The notes: generated by a model not told the origin, from the sequence alone. Positions 9,692 to 19,081 are shown, counted from the first letter of the stretch. The stretch is DNA of 64,000 nucleotides from an uncultured Acidobacteriota bacterium (GCA_963750995.1 CAVVST010000005.1:347988-411987); one strand, 5' to 3'. Made by a program: numbers and translations.

Positions 9692-10789
9692 CTAGCGGAC
9701 TTTGTGTCCGTCTATGCGCGTCGCGGTGGACGGATCGTTCCGGTCGCGGCGCCAGGTGGGATGGTTGAAGTGAATGACCGAGTCTCCGTTATGGGAGATG
9801 ACGGCATTGTCGAAGATCAGCGAGCCGATGCGGCGCCAGTTCGTGAACGTGCGGCGCTCCTTCGCGGCGGAGCCGGTTGTGCGCCCCTCGTCCGTGACTT
9901 CGATCAGGAACGTCAATGTCCGCCTCGGTCGTGGGTCACCCTTGTCGAACAGGTGCGCCATGACTTCGTCGCGGAAATCCAGGTCGGCGCCGGCAATTCT
10001 CGGCTGGTGCGGCGCGACCAGGAGCCGCATGAACTCGGGGGCGCGCGTCGGCTGGCCGGCGGGCTTGCCCAGCTCGGCAATGGGGTACAGCTGCCGGATG
10101 GTGGGCTCGGCGTCGACACGGCGGAACACCAACCCGATGACGAACAGCAGCCCTGCCCCGGCGCCCCGGTTGGCCAGCGTCGTGTCCGGCGCGTTCCGCA
10201 GCTCGACATCGTTGATGAACTCGGTCATCGATCCGCCGAGATCGTCCTGGGTGATGAAATTCGCTGTCGGCAGCGGCTCGACGTGATTGGCGTCCACGGT
10301 TGGAAACAGCTTGCCGACCAGGGACAGCGATCTCATCTGGCCGCGGCGGGTCTCGGTGCAGCAGGTGGAGTACCGCGCAATCACGCGGGCGGTACTGCCG
10401 CCGCGGAAATAGCCGGTGTATTCGGTGTTCTGATCGATCGACCAGATGCCGGTCAGGCAGATGCCGTTCGGGTGCACGAGCCGGCGGAAGCCCTTGCCAT
10501 CGGCGCCCCATCGGAGGTCGGCGCGCGAATCGAGCGCCCGCTCGCTGTCGCGTTGAAATTGACGTGGTATGCCGAAGGTGGCCAGCCCGCCGACGACGGT
10601 GCGGAAGGAGACTTCGGAAACCGGCAGCGGCGGTTCCCCCGGCGCGCCCCATATCTGCTGGTAAGGGTTCGCGAACACCGCGGCCACGACATCCGAGAAC
10701 CGCGACCCCGCATATCGCCCGCCTTCGTCAACGCTCGTCGAGCCACCCTGAGTTTCTGCGATCCCGGCCATGGCGCCACCCTCACGCAT
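9692..10789 (-). CDS. catalase-related (haem catalase core-like) protein, function unknown
   Basis: FRRLVHPNGICLTGIW aligns with the catalase distal-His motif R-V-V-H-x-x-G-x-x-x-x-G-x-F. ARYSTCCTETRRGQMRSLSLVGKLFPT aligns with RFST...RD.RGFA.KFYT. No recognisable proximal-Tyr motif. Confidence 0.45.
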   Translation of the reverse strand: MREGGAMAGIAETQGGSTSVDEGGRYAGSRFSDVVAAVFANPYQQIWGAPGEPPLPVSEVSFRTVVGGLATFGIPRQFQRDSERALDSRADLRWGADGKGFRRLVHPNGICLTGIWSIDQNTEYTGYFRGGSTARVIARYSTCCTETRRGQMRSLSLVGKLFPTVDANHVEPLPTANFITQDDLGGSMTEFINDVELRNAPDTTLANRGAGAGLLFVIGLVFRRVDAEPTIRQLYPIAELGKPAGQPTRAPEFMRLLVAPHQPRIAGADLDFRDEVMAHLFDKGDPRPRRTLTFLIEVTDEGRTTGSAAKERRTFTNWRRIGSLIFDNAVISHNGDSVIHFNHPTWRRDRNDPSTATRIDGHKVR

Positions 10790-10911
10790 GTGCGCAGAAA
10801 TGCATCAAACGCCGGAGGGGGCGGCACACTCTACCACGCCCCACGGTTGTTCGGTTTGAGGCCGGTGCGGCGTTGGATCACAAAACGCGCTAAGATGCGT
10901 CCGCCAAAACC

Positions 10912-12309
10912 ATGACCGCGACCCTCCCGAAGGCGTTCATCAGCTATCGCCGGAGCGACTCGCTCTCGGCGACAGGGCGGTTATACGACCGGTTGAACGT
11001 GGCCTACCCGGGCATGTTCTTCCGCGACGTCAGCGGCATTGGCGTCGGCGTCGATTTCACCAAGGAGATCGAGCGCGCCGTCGCGTCGAGCCTGCTCCTG
11101 ATCGCGGTGATTGGTCCGGAATGGACCACTGAATCGGCCGACGGCAAGCGGCGCCTCGACGATCCGGACGACTTCGTCCGCCTCGAGGTCTCGAGCGCGC
11201 TGAAGAGAAACATCCGCATCATCCCGGTCCTCGTCGGCGGCGCTTCCATGCCGGAGGAACACGAGCTGCCGGCGGAGCTGCACCCTCTGCGCAAGTGGAA
11301 CGCCATCCAGCTGGTCGAGGAGTACTACGAGGAGGGACTCGAGCGCCTGATCGACGCGCTCACCCCGCAGCTGGGCGAGCCGCGCACCCGCGAGCGGGCC
11401 AACCACGACCGCGCCGACGCGGAGCGCAAGCTGACGGAGCTGCGCGGCCAGGCCGAATCCGCCCTCGCCGTGGAAGACTGGTTCGCCGGCATCCAGGCGC
11501 TGCAGGCGGCCGTCTCGCTCGATCCCAACAACACCAGCGTCGCCGCCCGTCTCCGCTGGGCCCACGATCAGCGCAAGGTTTCCAGCCTGTTCGCCGAGGG
11601 CCAGGAACTGTACGAGCAGGGAAAGAAGAGCCTGGCGCTGGCGCGATTCCGCCAGGTCCGCGTCAGCGGCGGCAGCTACAAGAACGTCACCGAGCTGATT
11701 GAACAGCTCGAACGTGAGCTGGCGTCCGACAACAGGCGGTCCACGGTCCGCAACTGGACCGCCAGCGCCGTGGCCGCCGTCTGCCTCGCGATTGTCGCCG
11801 CGGGAGGGCTGGTGGTGTGGGTGGTCCGTTCGGAGTTCGCCGCCGCCACATCGTCAGATGATGAATCGTCTGACGCGACCGATGTCGAGCCCACCGAGCC
11901 GGACGCCGATCAGCCTGCACCGCCGTCTCGAGCGGCAGTGGATCCGGTTCGGGCGCCTGCTGACGAGCCCGAACCCGAGTCCGAAGCGGAGCCGGCCGAG
12001 CAAAGCGATGGTCCCGGGTTCCCCGGCGTCGGCCGCTGGCGGATGACGGCGCAGCAGAACGAAGCGATGTCCATCTTGTTGAATCTCGAAGACGACGGCT
12101 CGTTCCAGGTATCGATGCCCGCCGGCGTCCTCAATCTCCCGCTCAGCGGCGGTCGCTACGCGTACAACGACGCGACCGGGATGCTCCAGATCACGGGCAT
12201 GAACAACCTGAACGCCTACTTCAACGAGATCATCCAGATCATCGAGCGCGAGGACGATCACTTCCACGCCAGCTACCTGGGCTCGATCTGGGAGCTGGAG
12301 TCCGAGTAG
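10912..12309 (+). CDS. TIR-domain protein with coiled-coil/TPR-like linker, one TM helix, acidic linker and small C-terminal domain
   Basis: N-terminus FISYRRSDS...LLLIAVIGPEW...DDFVRLEVSSAL...IIPVLVGG is a TIR_2-type fold. TM helix is VRNWTASAVAAVCLAIVAAGGLVVWVV. A D/E/P-rich stretch is followed by a beta-rich domain of about 95 aa. Confidence 0.8.
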   Translation: MTATLPKAFISYRRSDSLSATGRLYDRLNVAYPGMFFRDVSGIGVGVDFTKEIERAVASSLLLIAVIGPEWTTESADGKRRLDDPDDFVRLEVSSALKRNIRIIPVLVGGASMPEEHELPAELHPLRKWNAIQLVEEYYEEGLERLIDALTPQLGEPRTRERANHDRADAERKLTELRGQAESALAVEDWFAGIQALQAAVSLDPNNTSVAARLRWAHDQRKVSSLFAEGQELYEQGKKSLALARFRQVRVSGGSYKNVTELIEQLERELASDNRRSTVRNWTASAVAAVCLAIVAAGGLVVWVVRSEFAAATSSDDESSDATDVEPTEPDADQPAPPSRAAVDPVRAPADEPEPESEAEPAEQSDGPGFPGVGRWRMTAQQNEAMSILLNLEDDGSFQVSMPAGVLNLPLSGGRYAYNDATGMLQITGMNNLNAYFNEIIQIIEREDDHFHASYLGSIWELESE

Positions 12310-12480
12310 TTCATCAGATTACTCGCTCGAGGTCGACGCGTGGAGCATCTCCATACTCCTCGCGCGCTTTCACTTGCGCCTTCGGCGAGCCAATCTAGTG
12401 GCTTGACAGCCCCCCACCGCGGTGACAGCATCCGCCTTCTATCGGGCCAGTCAAGGCTCGCAAAACGAGGAGGCGGAAGG

Positions 12481-15400
12481 ATGTCGACGCTGCGCATTCT
12501 GCGGAACGTTTCCCTCGGCGTGCTGATCCTTCTTGCGACAACCCCGGTCGCGTGGGCACAAGCCTCTGCCCAGCTCGCCGGTTCGGTGAGAGACGAGAGC
12601 GGCGCGGTGTTACCTGGCGTCACCGTGACCGTCACGCAAACTGACACTGGTTTCACGCGAACCGCTGTGACGGACGAGAGCGGCAATTATGTGATGCCGA
12701 ACCTGCCAACTGGTCCGTACCGGTTGGAGGTGTCACTCCAGGGATTCCGTACCTACGTCCAGACCGGCATCGTGTTGCAAGTCGCGGCGACGCCGACCAT
12801 CAACACGGTGCTGGCGGTAGGCGACCTCGCCGAGACGGTCACGGTTGAAGGGTCCGCACCGCTGGTCGACGTACGGAGCGCCGGCATCAGCGAAGTGGTC
12901 GAGCAGGAGCGGATTCTCGAGCTTCCGCTCCAGGGGCGTCAGGTCACCGATCTGATCGTCCTCGCTGGAGCGGCGGTGCAGACCGGAGCCCCGGGGAACC
13001 GCCATTTTCAGGGAGGAGCGAACATCTCCGTCGCCGGCGGACAGTCCTTCGGCGTCGCCTACCTGCTCGACGGAGCCATGCACAACGACCCGCAGAATAA
13101 CGCGAGCCTGCCGCTCCCCTTCCCGGATGCACTGCAGGAGTTCCGAGTGGCGACGAGTGGACTGTCTGCGGAAAACGGGATGCACTCCGGGGCATCGGTG
13201 AATGCCGTGACGAAGTCGGGCGCGAACCGGTTCTCCGGCAACGTCTTTGAGTTCGTCCGGCACCACCGGTTCAACGCGACCAATCGGTTTGCCGCCCTGG
13301 GACCGGATGGCACGCGGGTGGACGATGGACTGAGGCGCAACCAGTTCGGCGGGACTCTGGGCGGCCCGATTGTCAGGGACAGGCTCTTTTTCTTCGGCGC
13401 GTATCAGGGCACCGCGGTCCGTCAAAGGCCGGCAGCGAACCTGGCCTACGTTCCCACCACCTCCATGCTGGCCGGCGACTATACCGGCTTCGCTTCTCCG
13501 GCGTGTAACAGCGGCCGACAGATCACGTTGCGCGCGCCGTACGTCAACAACCGGGTCAGTCCCTCGCTCTTCAGTCCCGCTGCGGTGAAGCTGGCCGGTA
13601 TGCTTCCAAAGACTGACAATCCATGTGGCGAAATCAGGTTCACAACGTCGGCTGATGAGAACCAGGGACAGGTGGTGGCCAAGATCGACTATCAGAGGAA
13701 CGCCGACCATTCACTCTTCGGCCGATACATGGCCACGATTCACAAGGTCGATCCGGCGGCGTTGAGCCAGCCCGGCAACATCCTCGCTGCGGCAAGCTCA
13801 GGCCTGGACAACATGGCCACGTCCATTGCGCTTGGCGATACGCGCGTGCTCAATTCGAGCACCGTCAACTCGTTTCGCCTGACCTACAACAACACAACCG
13901 TCGATCGTTACAACGTACACGTCGTCGATGGGCCCGATCTGGGTGCAAAGGTTTTCAGCTACGAGCCGGGTCACATGCGCGTGAACGTGGACGGTGGATT
14001 CAGTCTCGGGCAGGACTCAGGCTACGGCCTTGCCGACAACGATGCCTACCAGGTGAGCAATGACCTGTCGCTCGTTCGAGGTGACCACCAGATGTCGGTC
14101 GGCGCCAACGTGGCGTACTGGCACTCCAAACAGTACACGTGCGCGCGATGCGGTGGCGACTGGCAGTTCAACGGCCAGACCACCGGCTTGGGACTGGCTG
14201 ACTTTCTCCTGGGGCAGGCGTCGGTCATGGAGCATGGCGGGCCCGGTGGTCTCATCTTCGACCAGTGGTACCTGGGGGTGTTTGCACAAGACACGTGGCG
14301 AGCCTCGGGGCGTGTGACGCTGAACAGCGGTCTGCGGTGGGAGCCGTTCTTCGGACAGAACATTCTGAACGGCGCCGTCACCAACTTCAGCCTCGAGAAT
14401 TTTCGAAGCGGAGTCAAGAGCACTCAGTTCGTCAACGCGCCGGCCGGCCTGCTCTTCCCCGGCGATTCCGGTTTCCCGCCAGGCAAAACAGGCATGAACA
14501 GGCAGTGGTGGAATCTGTCGCCGCGCGTCGGAGTCGCGTGGGACGTGGCGGGGAATGGCCGCACGGCGGTGCGCGCCTCCTACGGAATCGCCTATGACAT
14601 GCCGGCCGGGGATTACCAGTTCCTGCAGGCCTCTGCACCACCGTTCGGAAACCGTCTGTTGATTCCCAGTCCAGCCGGTGGTTTCGACGATCCCTACAGA
14701 GACCTCGGCGGAGATCCACACCCGATCGTGACGAGTCGAAATACCGAGTTTCCGCAGTTTGGAGCGTTCGGCTCGATCGAGCCCGACATCAACTCGCCGC
14801 GCGTGCAGTCGTGGAACGCGACCGTCGAACGCCAGATTGGGACTGACTGGCAGGCGGCGGCGAGCTATCTGGGTAACTACACGGACCGGCTGTGGGACAT
14901 GGTCGGAATCAATCCGGCGGTCTTCATGGGGACGGGCCCCTGCACGATTCACGGGGCGTTCTACTCCACGTGCAGCACGACGGCCAATATCAACAATCGC
15001 CGTATCTTGTTCCTGGAAAATCCAAGGGAGGGGGCGCTCATCGGCGCTGTGGATCTATACGCCGATCGCGGGAGTCAGACCTACCGCGGTTTGAAGCTGT
15101 CGGTTCAACGGCGCGCCGCCACCGGCGTGAGCGTCAGTGGGAACTACACCTGGTCGTACTGCTTCGGCAATCTGATGGGCGGCGGACTCAACCAGATAAG
15201 TAGCGGCTCGATCAATCCAGACGACCCGGACCTCGATCGCGGTAACTGTGATCAGAACCGGACCCATATCGCCAACCTGACCCTCGGATATCAAACGCCG
15301 CAGTTTGCCAGTTCCATAATGCGTGCGCTCGCATCGGGGTGGAGAGTGTCAGGAATTCTCAACGCTCGATCTGGCGCGTGGCTCACCGTGACAACGGGCC

Positions 15401-15777
15401 GGGACACTTCCCTCAACGGCCAGCGCTCGCAGCAGCAGCGCGTGAATCAGGTGAACGATGAAATGTATGGTGACAAGACCCTACTGAACTACCTGAACCG
15501 GGCCGCCTTCGCCTTGCCCGCTCTTGGCACATTCGGCAACCACGTCCGCAACAGCCTCCAGGGCCCAGGGTTCTGGAAGGCCGATATGGCCGTGTCCCGA
15601 CTCGTGTCGTTCGCGAGCACCCAGAACCTGGAAATCCGTCTGGAGGCCTTCAACCTCTTCAACACCTTCAACTGGGGGATTCCCAATACGAACTTCAGTT
15701 CCGGTTCCTTCGGCCGGATCACGTCTATTGCAGGAGATCCACGCATCCTGCAATTCGGGATCAAGTACGGGTTCTAG
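12481..15777 (+). CDS. TonB-dependent receptor with carboxypeptidase-regulatory-like N-terminal domain (intact)
   Basis: ATG at 12481 preceded by GAGGAGG. Signal peptide is followed by GSVRDESGAVLPGVTVTVTQTDTGF...TGPYRLEVSLQGF, a plug region, and a barrel ending ILQFGIKYGF*. Confidence 0.9.
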   Translation: MSTLRILRNVSLGVLILLATTPVAWAQASAQLAGSVRDESGAVLPGVTVTVTQTDTGFTRTAVTDESGNYVMPNLPTGPYRLEVSLQGFRTYVQTGIVLQVAATPTINTVLAVGDLAETVTVEGSAPLVDVRSAGISEVVEQERILELPLQGRQVTDLIVLAGAAVQTGAPGNRHFQGGANISVAGGQSFGVAYLLDGAMHNDPQNNASLPLPFPDALQEFRVATSGLSAENGMHSGASVNAVTKSGANRFSGNVFEFVRHHRFNATNRFAALGPDGTRVDDGLRRNQFGGTLGGPIVRDRLFFFGAYQGTAVRQRPAANLAYVPTTSMLAGDYTGFASPACNSGRQITLRAPYVNNRVSPSLFSPAAVKLAGMLPKTDNPCGEIRFTTSADENQGQVVAKIDYQRNADHSLFGRYMATIHKVDPAALSQPGNILAAASSGLDNMATSIALGDTRVLNSSTVNSFRLTYNNTTVDRYNVHVVDGPDLGAKVFSYEPGHMRVNVDGGFSLGQDSGYGLADNDAYQVSNDLSLVRGDHQMSVGANVAYWHSKQYTCARCGGDWQFNGQTTGLGLADFLLGQASVMEHGGPGGLIFDQWYLGVFAQDTWRASGRVTLNSGLRWEPFFGQNILNGAVTNFSLENFRSGVKSTQFVNAPAGLLFPGDSGFPPGKTGMNRQWWNLSPRVGVAWDVAGNGRTAVRASYGIAYDMPAGDYQFLQASAPPFGNRLLIPSPAGGFDDPYRDLGGDPHPIVTSRNTEFPQFGAFGSIEPDINSPRVQSWNATVERQIGTDWQAAASYLGNYTDRLWDMVGINPAVFMGTGPCTIHGAFYSTCSTTANINNRRILFLENPREGALIGAVDLYADRGSQTYRGLKLSVQRRAATGVSVSGNYTWSYCFGNLMGGGLNQISSGSINPDDPDLDRGNCDQNRTHIANLTLGYQTPQFASSIMRALASGWRVSGILNARSGAWLTVTTGRDTSLNGQRSQQQRVNQVNDEMYGDKTLLNYLNRAAFALPALGTFGNHVRNSLQGPGFWKADMAVSRLVSFASTQNLEIRLEAFNLFNTFNWGIPNTNFSSGSFGRITSIAGDPRILQFGIKYGF

Positions 15778-15808
15778 TGAGCGTTTTCGATAGTAGTTCG
15801 ATAGTAGT

Positions 15809-15895
15809 GTCCGGCTTTAGCCGGACTCGCCGGGTCCGCCTGCCCTTCGACTTCGCTCAGGGCACCCCGAGCAACGTCGAGGGGTGAAGGCGGAC
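15809..15895. terminator. two stem-loops between convergent genes (possible bidirectional terminator or REP-like element)
   Basis: GTCCGGC-TTTA-GCCGGAC (15809..15826), then a long imperfect hairpin GTCCGCCTGCCCTTCGAC...GTCGAGGGGTGAAGGCGGAC (15834..15895). Preceded by a direct repeat TCGATAGTAGT x2. Confidence 0.35.
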
Positions 15896-15935
15896 GCTAG
15901 TACTTGCGAAACGCGGTATCGCGGAGCGGGGCCGA

Positions 15936-16811
15936 TCACTGCGCGCGTCGGAAGTGCTCCGTGGTGGTGCGAGGAGCGACCTTCATCGTCTTCATCTTCT
16001 TGATGTATTCGGGATACAGGGTTTCCGCGCCGCCCAGGGCGGATTCGAGCGGTATCCCGTATTCGGTCGCGAACTCGCTCAGCACTTCATTTTTGCCGGG
16101 GAGAAAGCTTGGCACTTTGCCGGCCGGTACGATCGTGCCATCAGGACTCATCTCGCACGGGTACGGCGGGATGACCTGGTTCGGATCGGCGATCCAGCTG
16201 GATTCGCGAATGTAGGGCTGGGTCAGGTATGCCGGATCGTCGATGATGAACACGATCGTCAGGAGGTTGCCGTAGCGGTGAACGCGTGTCGTGACGGTCG
16301 CCTTGGGGCTCTTGGGCACGCCGGTGCGTGTGAGATAGGCCTCCTTGAGGTGCGTGGTCGTGTAGACCAGGGTGTTGCGCTCCCACCGCCCGGTCGAAAA
16401 TCCCGACCACTTGTGAGGCGCGTTTGCCGACGGGTGCGGGCGTCCATCCGTGTAGATCACCTGTTGCGGCTCCTGCCACGCCACGTGCAAGCGCAAGCCG
16501 ACTGGCCGCCGTGTGTCGGCGTCCAGCTCCGGCGTGATACGCAACTGCGACACCGAGACGCGCAACCCGTGGTCAATCGGATGCGGCCGGCACAGGTTTT
16601 CCGGAAGATCGAGTTGGTCAGGATGCCAGGCCTGCGCTCGCAGGCGCCCCTCTTCATTGAGCGGGATGCCCGTGTAGTCGCCCATGTCCATGTGGGTGTT
16701 GTAGACCCTCGGCGACCACTCCCCCGCGAGATCGACCTGGGCGTTCGCCGGCCTGCTCGCCAGCACCAGCGCCACGAACAGCAACACTGTGGATCGCATC
16801 TGCAGCCTCAT
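15936..16811 (-). CDS. family-B secreted protein (B1), uncharacterised
   Basis: Start MRLQMRSTVLLFVALVLASRPANAQ at 16811 overlaps the upstream stop (TAATG). Motifs LAGEWSPR, VIYTDGRPHP and WSGFSTGRWERNTLVYTT are shared with the other B copies. Confidence 0.75.
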   Translation of the reverse strand: MRLQMRSTVLLFVALVLASRPANAQVDLAGEWSPRVYNTHMDMGDYTGIPLNEEGRLRAQAWHPDQLDLPENLCRPHPIDHGLRVSVSQLRITPELDADTRRPVGLRLHVAWQEPQQVIYTDGRPHPSANAPHKWSGFSTGRWERNTLVYTTTHLKEAYLTRTGVPKSPKATVTTRVHRYGNLLTIVFIIDDPAYLTQPYIRESSWIADPNQVIPPYPCEMSPDGTIVPAGKVPSFLPGKNEVLSEFATEYGIPLESALGGAETLYPEYIKKMKTMKVAPRTTTEHFRRAQ

Positions 16812-17638
16812 TAGCGTGGTTCGTCGGCGCGGCACGGTGTGGGGTCCCACCCGGACGCGTCCGGAAGCTTCTTGAAATGCGCGTGCATGATCAGAGGTTC
16901 GATCAGGTACCGCGGATCGGTGACCATCGTCGTCACCACGAGCCAGGTGTTCTTGGTGTACGGGTCCGAGAAGATATCGAAGTACTCCTCAAGCAGCGCG
17001 TCGCCGCTGTACGGCACACCGTTCTTCTGCAGATAGCCCGGGCGCATCCGGGTGGTCACGACCTTGAGATAGTCAGGTTCCTTCCGCTGGTCCCTGCCGA
17101 CGACCAGCTTGCCTTCCGCATCCTGGATTGGTCCGCCCTGGCCGTCGCGCCGGTCCCGCGGTTCGGCCCCGCCCCACATCGCCACCGAGTGTCCCTGCCA
17201 CGACGGCGTGGCGCCCGGCGGCGGTGTCGTGCCGAAGCGGAAGAGGCGTGTCTGCGTACCGGAATCGGTGTCGAGACGAAGCGTGCTGTCGTCCTGCCAG
17301 GAGATATTCAGTCGCCCCGGAACCTGCAGGAGCGAGGCCGCGCCGTACGATCTGCAGGCCTCGCCGCTCGCCTGATCCCGGGCCGGATCCCAGGCGTTTG
17401 CGACCTTGCGTCCTTCGGGGTTGAGCGGAACCTGCACGTAGTCGCCTTTGTCCGGCACGATCATGCGGTAGCGCCACTTCTCGGTGACCTCTGATACCCA
17501 ATACCCAGTCACGTCGTACGGGGCGGCCGCGCGCGCGGTTCCCGGCGCTCCGGCCGGCGCAGCCCCTTGCGCGGCGACATGAGCCGGCAGCGGCAGCGAC
17601 AACGCGGCGACGAGCAGGACGAGTACACGTGATTCCAT
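16811..17638 (-). CDS. family-B secreted protein (B2), uncharacterised
   Basis: Signal peptide MESRVLVLLVAALSLPLPAHVAAQ. VTGYWVSEV, PLNPEGRKVANAWDP and SWQGHSVAMWGG...LKVVTT are paralogous to B1. Confidence 0.75.
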   Translation of the reverse strand: MESRVLVLLVAALSLPLPAHVAAQGAAPAGAPGTARAAAPYDVTGYWVSEVTEKWRYRMIVPDKGDYVQVPLNPEGRKVANAWDPARDQASGEACRSYGAASLLQVPGRLNISWQDDSTLRLDTDSGTQTRLFRFGTTPPPGATPSWQGHSVAMWGGAEPRDRRDGQGGPIQDAEGKLVVGRDQRKEPDYLKVVTTRMRPGYLQKNGVPYSGDALLEEYFDIFSDPYTKNTWLVVTTMVTDPRYLIEPLIMHAHFKKLPDASGWDPTPCRADEPR

Positions 17639-17664
17639 GTTCGTGCCTCACTCACCGCAACGGG

Positions 17665-18070
17665 TCATTGCGGATTGTTGGGACCCTCCCACTTGAAACC
17701 GTCCGACGGCCGCTCGATGGTGTGCAGCAGCAGCTTGTGGTCCTCCGCAATCCGCCCGGGGCGCCCGGTCACGACGACCTGATCGCCGGGACGAAGGGTG
17801 GTGGCCGACAAGCCGGATTCGGTCAGTTGCTGCGGGGCGGCGCCTTCGATAATCCAGATGTGCTTCTCCCCTTTGTCATCCGGAGCCTCCACCCTCATGA
17901 ACGAGTGCGGATTGCGCCAGATGAACTCCTTCAACGTCCCTTCGATCCGGACGGACTTGCCGGTGATGTACGTGGCCGACACCGAATGGTGCGCGAAGGT
18001 CAGGCCGGCGCCGGCTGTCAGAAGGATGAGCGCACTCGACGGTGACAAAGACGAGCAGTCTTATCTTCAT
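17665..18070 (-). CDS. family-A small secreted protein (A1; DUF6152-like)
   Basis: ...LLTAGAGLTFA|HHSVSATY...EFIWRNPHSF...LRPGDQVVV. ATG at 18070 overlaps the MBL gene stop (ATGA) but is 1 nt out of frame with the body. Either a frameshift in the signal peptide or a TTG start at 18048. Confidence 0.7.
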
Positions 18071-19038
18071 GACGATGCTCCGCTGCTGAGACTCCTGTAG
18101 GCGGCCTCGACGAACATGTCGGTCGTCCACGTGCCGGTCGTGCTGCCGTAGATCGGGTCGTAGTCGCGCGTCGGCCGTGCCGCCTTCACCTGCTCGAGCG
18201 TCATGCCGCGCTTGATCATGTCCTGCAGGCGGTCGCGGACGATCGTGACCATCTGGTGGTAGATCGCCAGATCCGCCATGTCGCAGAGCCGTCCGTGGCC
18301 GGGGACGATCATCGTGCCCCCTTCCACGTGGTCGGCGGGAATCGCCCTCTGCCTCAGGCGGTTCAGCCCCTCGAGCACGCCCTGGAGACTCCCTCCGTTC
18401 TTCACGTCGATGACGGGATACTGCGTGGGACTGAAAATATCGCCGGTACTGATGACGTCGGAGCGCCGAAACACCACGATGCTGTCGCCGTCGGTACTCG
18501 CCGGCTGATGCAGGATCTCGATGCCTTCGCCGTTGAAATACAGGTTCTTCTGCGGCCCCGAATACGTGTCGTTTGGCCAGGCCCGTTCCGGGATGGACGG
18601 CGTGGCCTTGCGATCGCTCATCCGGTCGAGGATCGTGCTGAAGGCGACGATGAACACGCTCGCCTGCGCCGCCCGGTTGATTGCCAGCGGCCGGCCGGTC
18701 CGGGCGAAGGTCTCGTTGCCGCCGGTGTGATCGCTTCGGTCGCTGGTATTGACGATGTAAGTGACCTGGCCCCTCGATACGGTCCGGATGGCTTCCAGGA
18801 CCTTGTCGCTCATGGCCGCCGCACCGGAGTCGACCAGGAAGACGCCGTCCTTGCCGGCCTGCACCGTGATGTTGCCGCCCGCCCCCGCCAGCATGCTGAT
18901 GTTGCCCTGGACGGGCACCAGCTCGAGTTCCCCGGGGTTCTGACCGCGGTTTTGCGCCTGCTGCGGAAAGACGAGGTCGGCCGGGCCGACCAGGGAAGCA
19001 AAGAGAAAAGCCGACGCGATCCACATCTTCTGCGTCAC
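18067..19038 (-). CDS. MBL-fold protein with degenerate metal-binding motifs, secreted
   Basis: Signal peptide. Overall metallo-beta-lactamase-fold pattern, but HxHxDH reads SDRSDH (IVNTSDRSDHTGGN) and the third His motif reads ASTDGDS. The late PGHG motif is kept. Confidence 0.75.
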   Translation of the reverse strand: MTQKMWIASAFLFASLVGPADLVFPQQAQNRGQNPGELELVPVQGNISMLAGAGGNITVQAGKDGVFLVDSGAAAMSDKVLEAIRTVSRGQVTYIVNTSDRSDHTGGNETFARTGRPLAINRAAQASVFIVAFSTILDRMSDRKATPSIPERAWPNDTYSGPQKNLYFNGEGIEILHQPASTDGDSIVVFRRSDVISTGDIFSPTQYPVIDVKNGGSLQGVLEGLNRLRQRAIPADHVEGGTMIVPGHGRLCDMADLAIYHQMVTIVRDRLQDMIKRGMTLEQVKAARPTRDYDPIYGSTTGTWTTDMFVEAAYRSLSSGASS

Positions 19039-19081
19039 GGCGCAGATTGTAACGCCGAACCCTAGAGCTGCGCGATACGTA

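Noticed and set aside
6496-12309. Treating the caspase operon, catalase-related gene and TIR protein as one defence island.
   Set aside because: The genes are on different strands and separated by an unrelated gene. There is no NTPase, nuclease, sensor or other hallmark defence partner, and no mobile-element or tRNA boundary. Proximity alone is not sufficient, so they are reported separately.
12403-12431. TTGACA at 12403 as the -35 box of the TBDR promoter.
   Set aside because: The hexamer at 17-nt spacing is CAGCAT, a poor -10. It cannot be supported without transcription start data.
15791-15808. Tandem TCGATAGTAGT x2 as a CRISPR-like or microsatellite array.
   Set aside because: Only two short units with no spacer architecture. 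It is folded into the hairpin-element observation instead.
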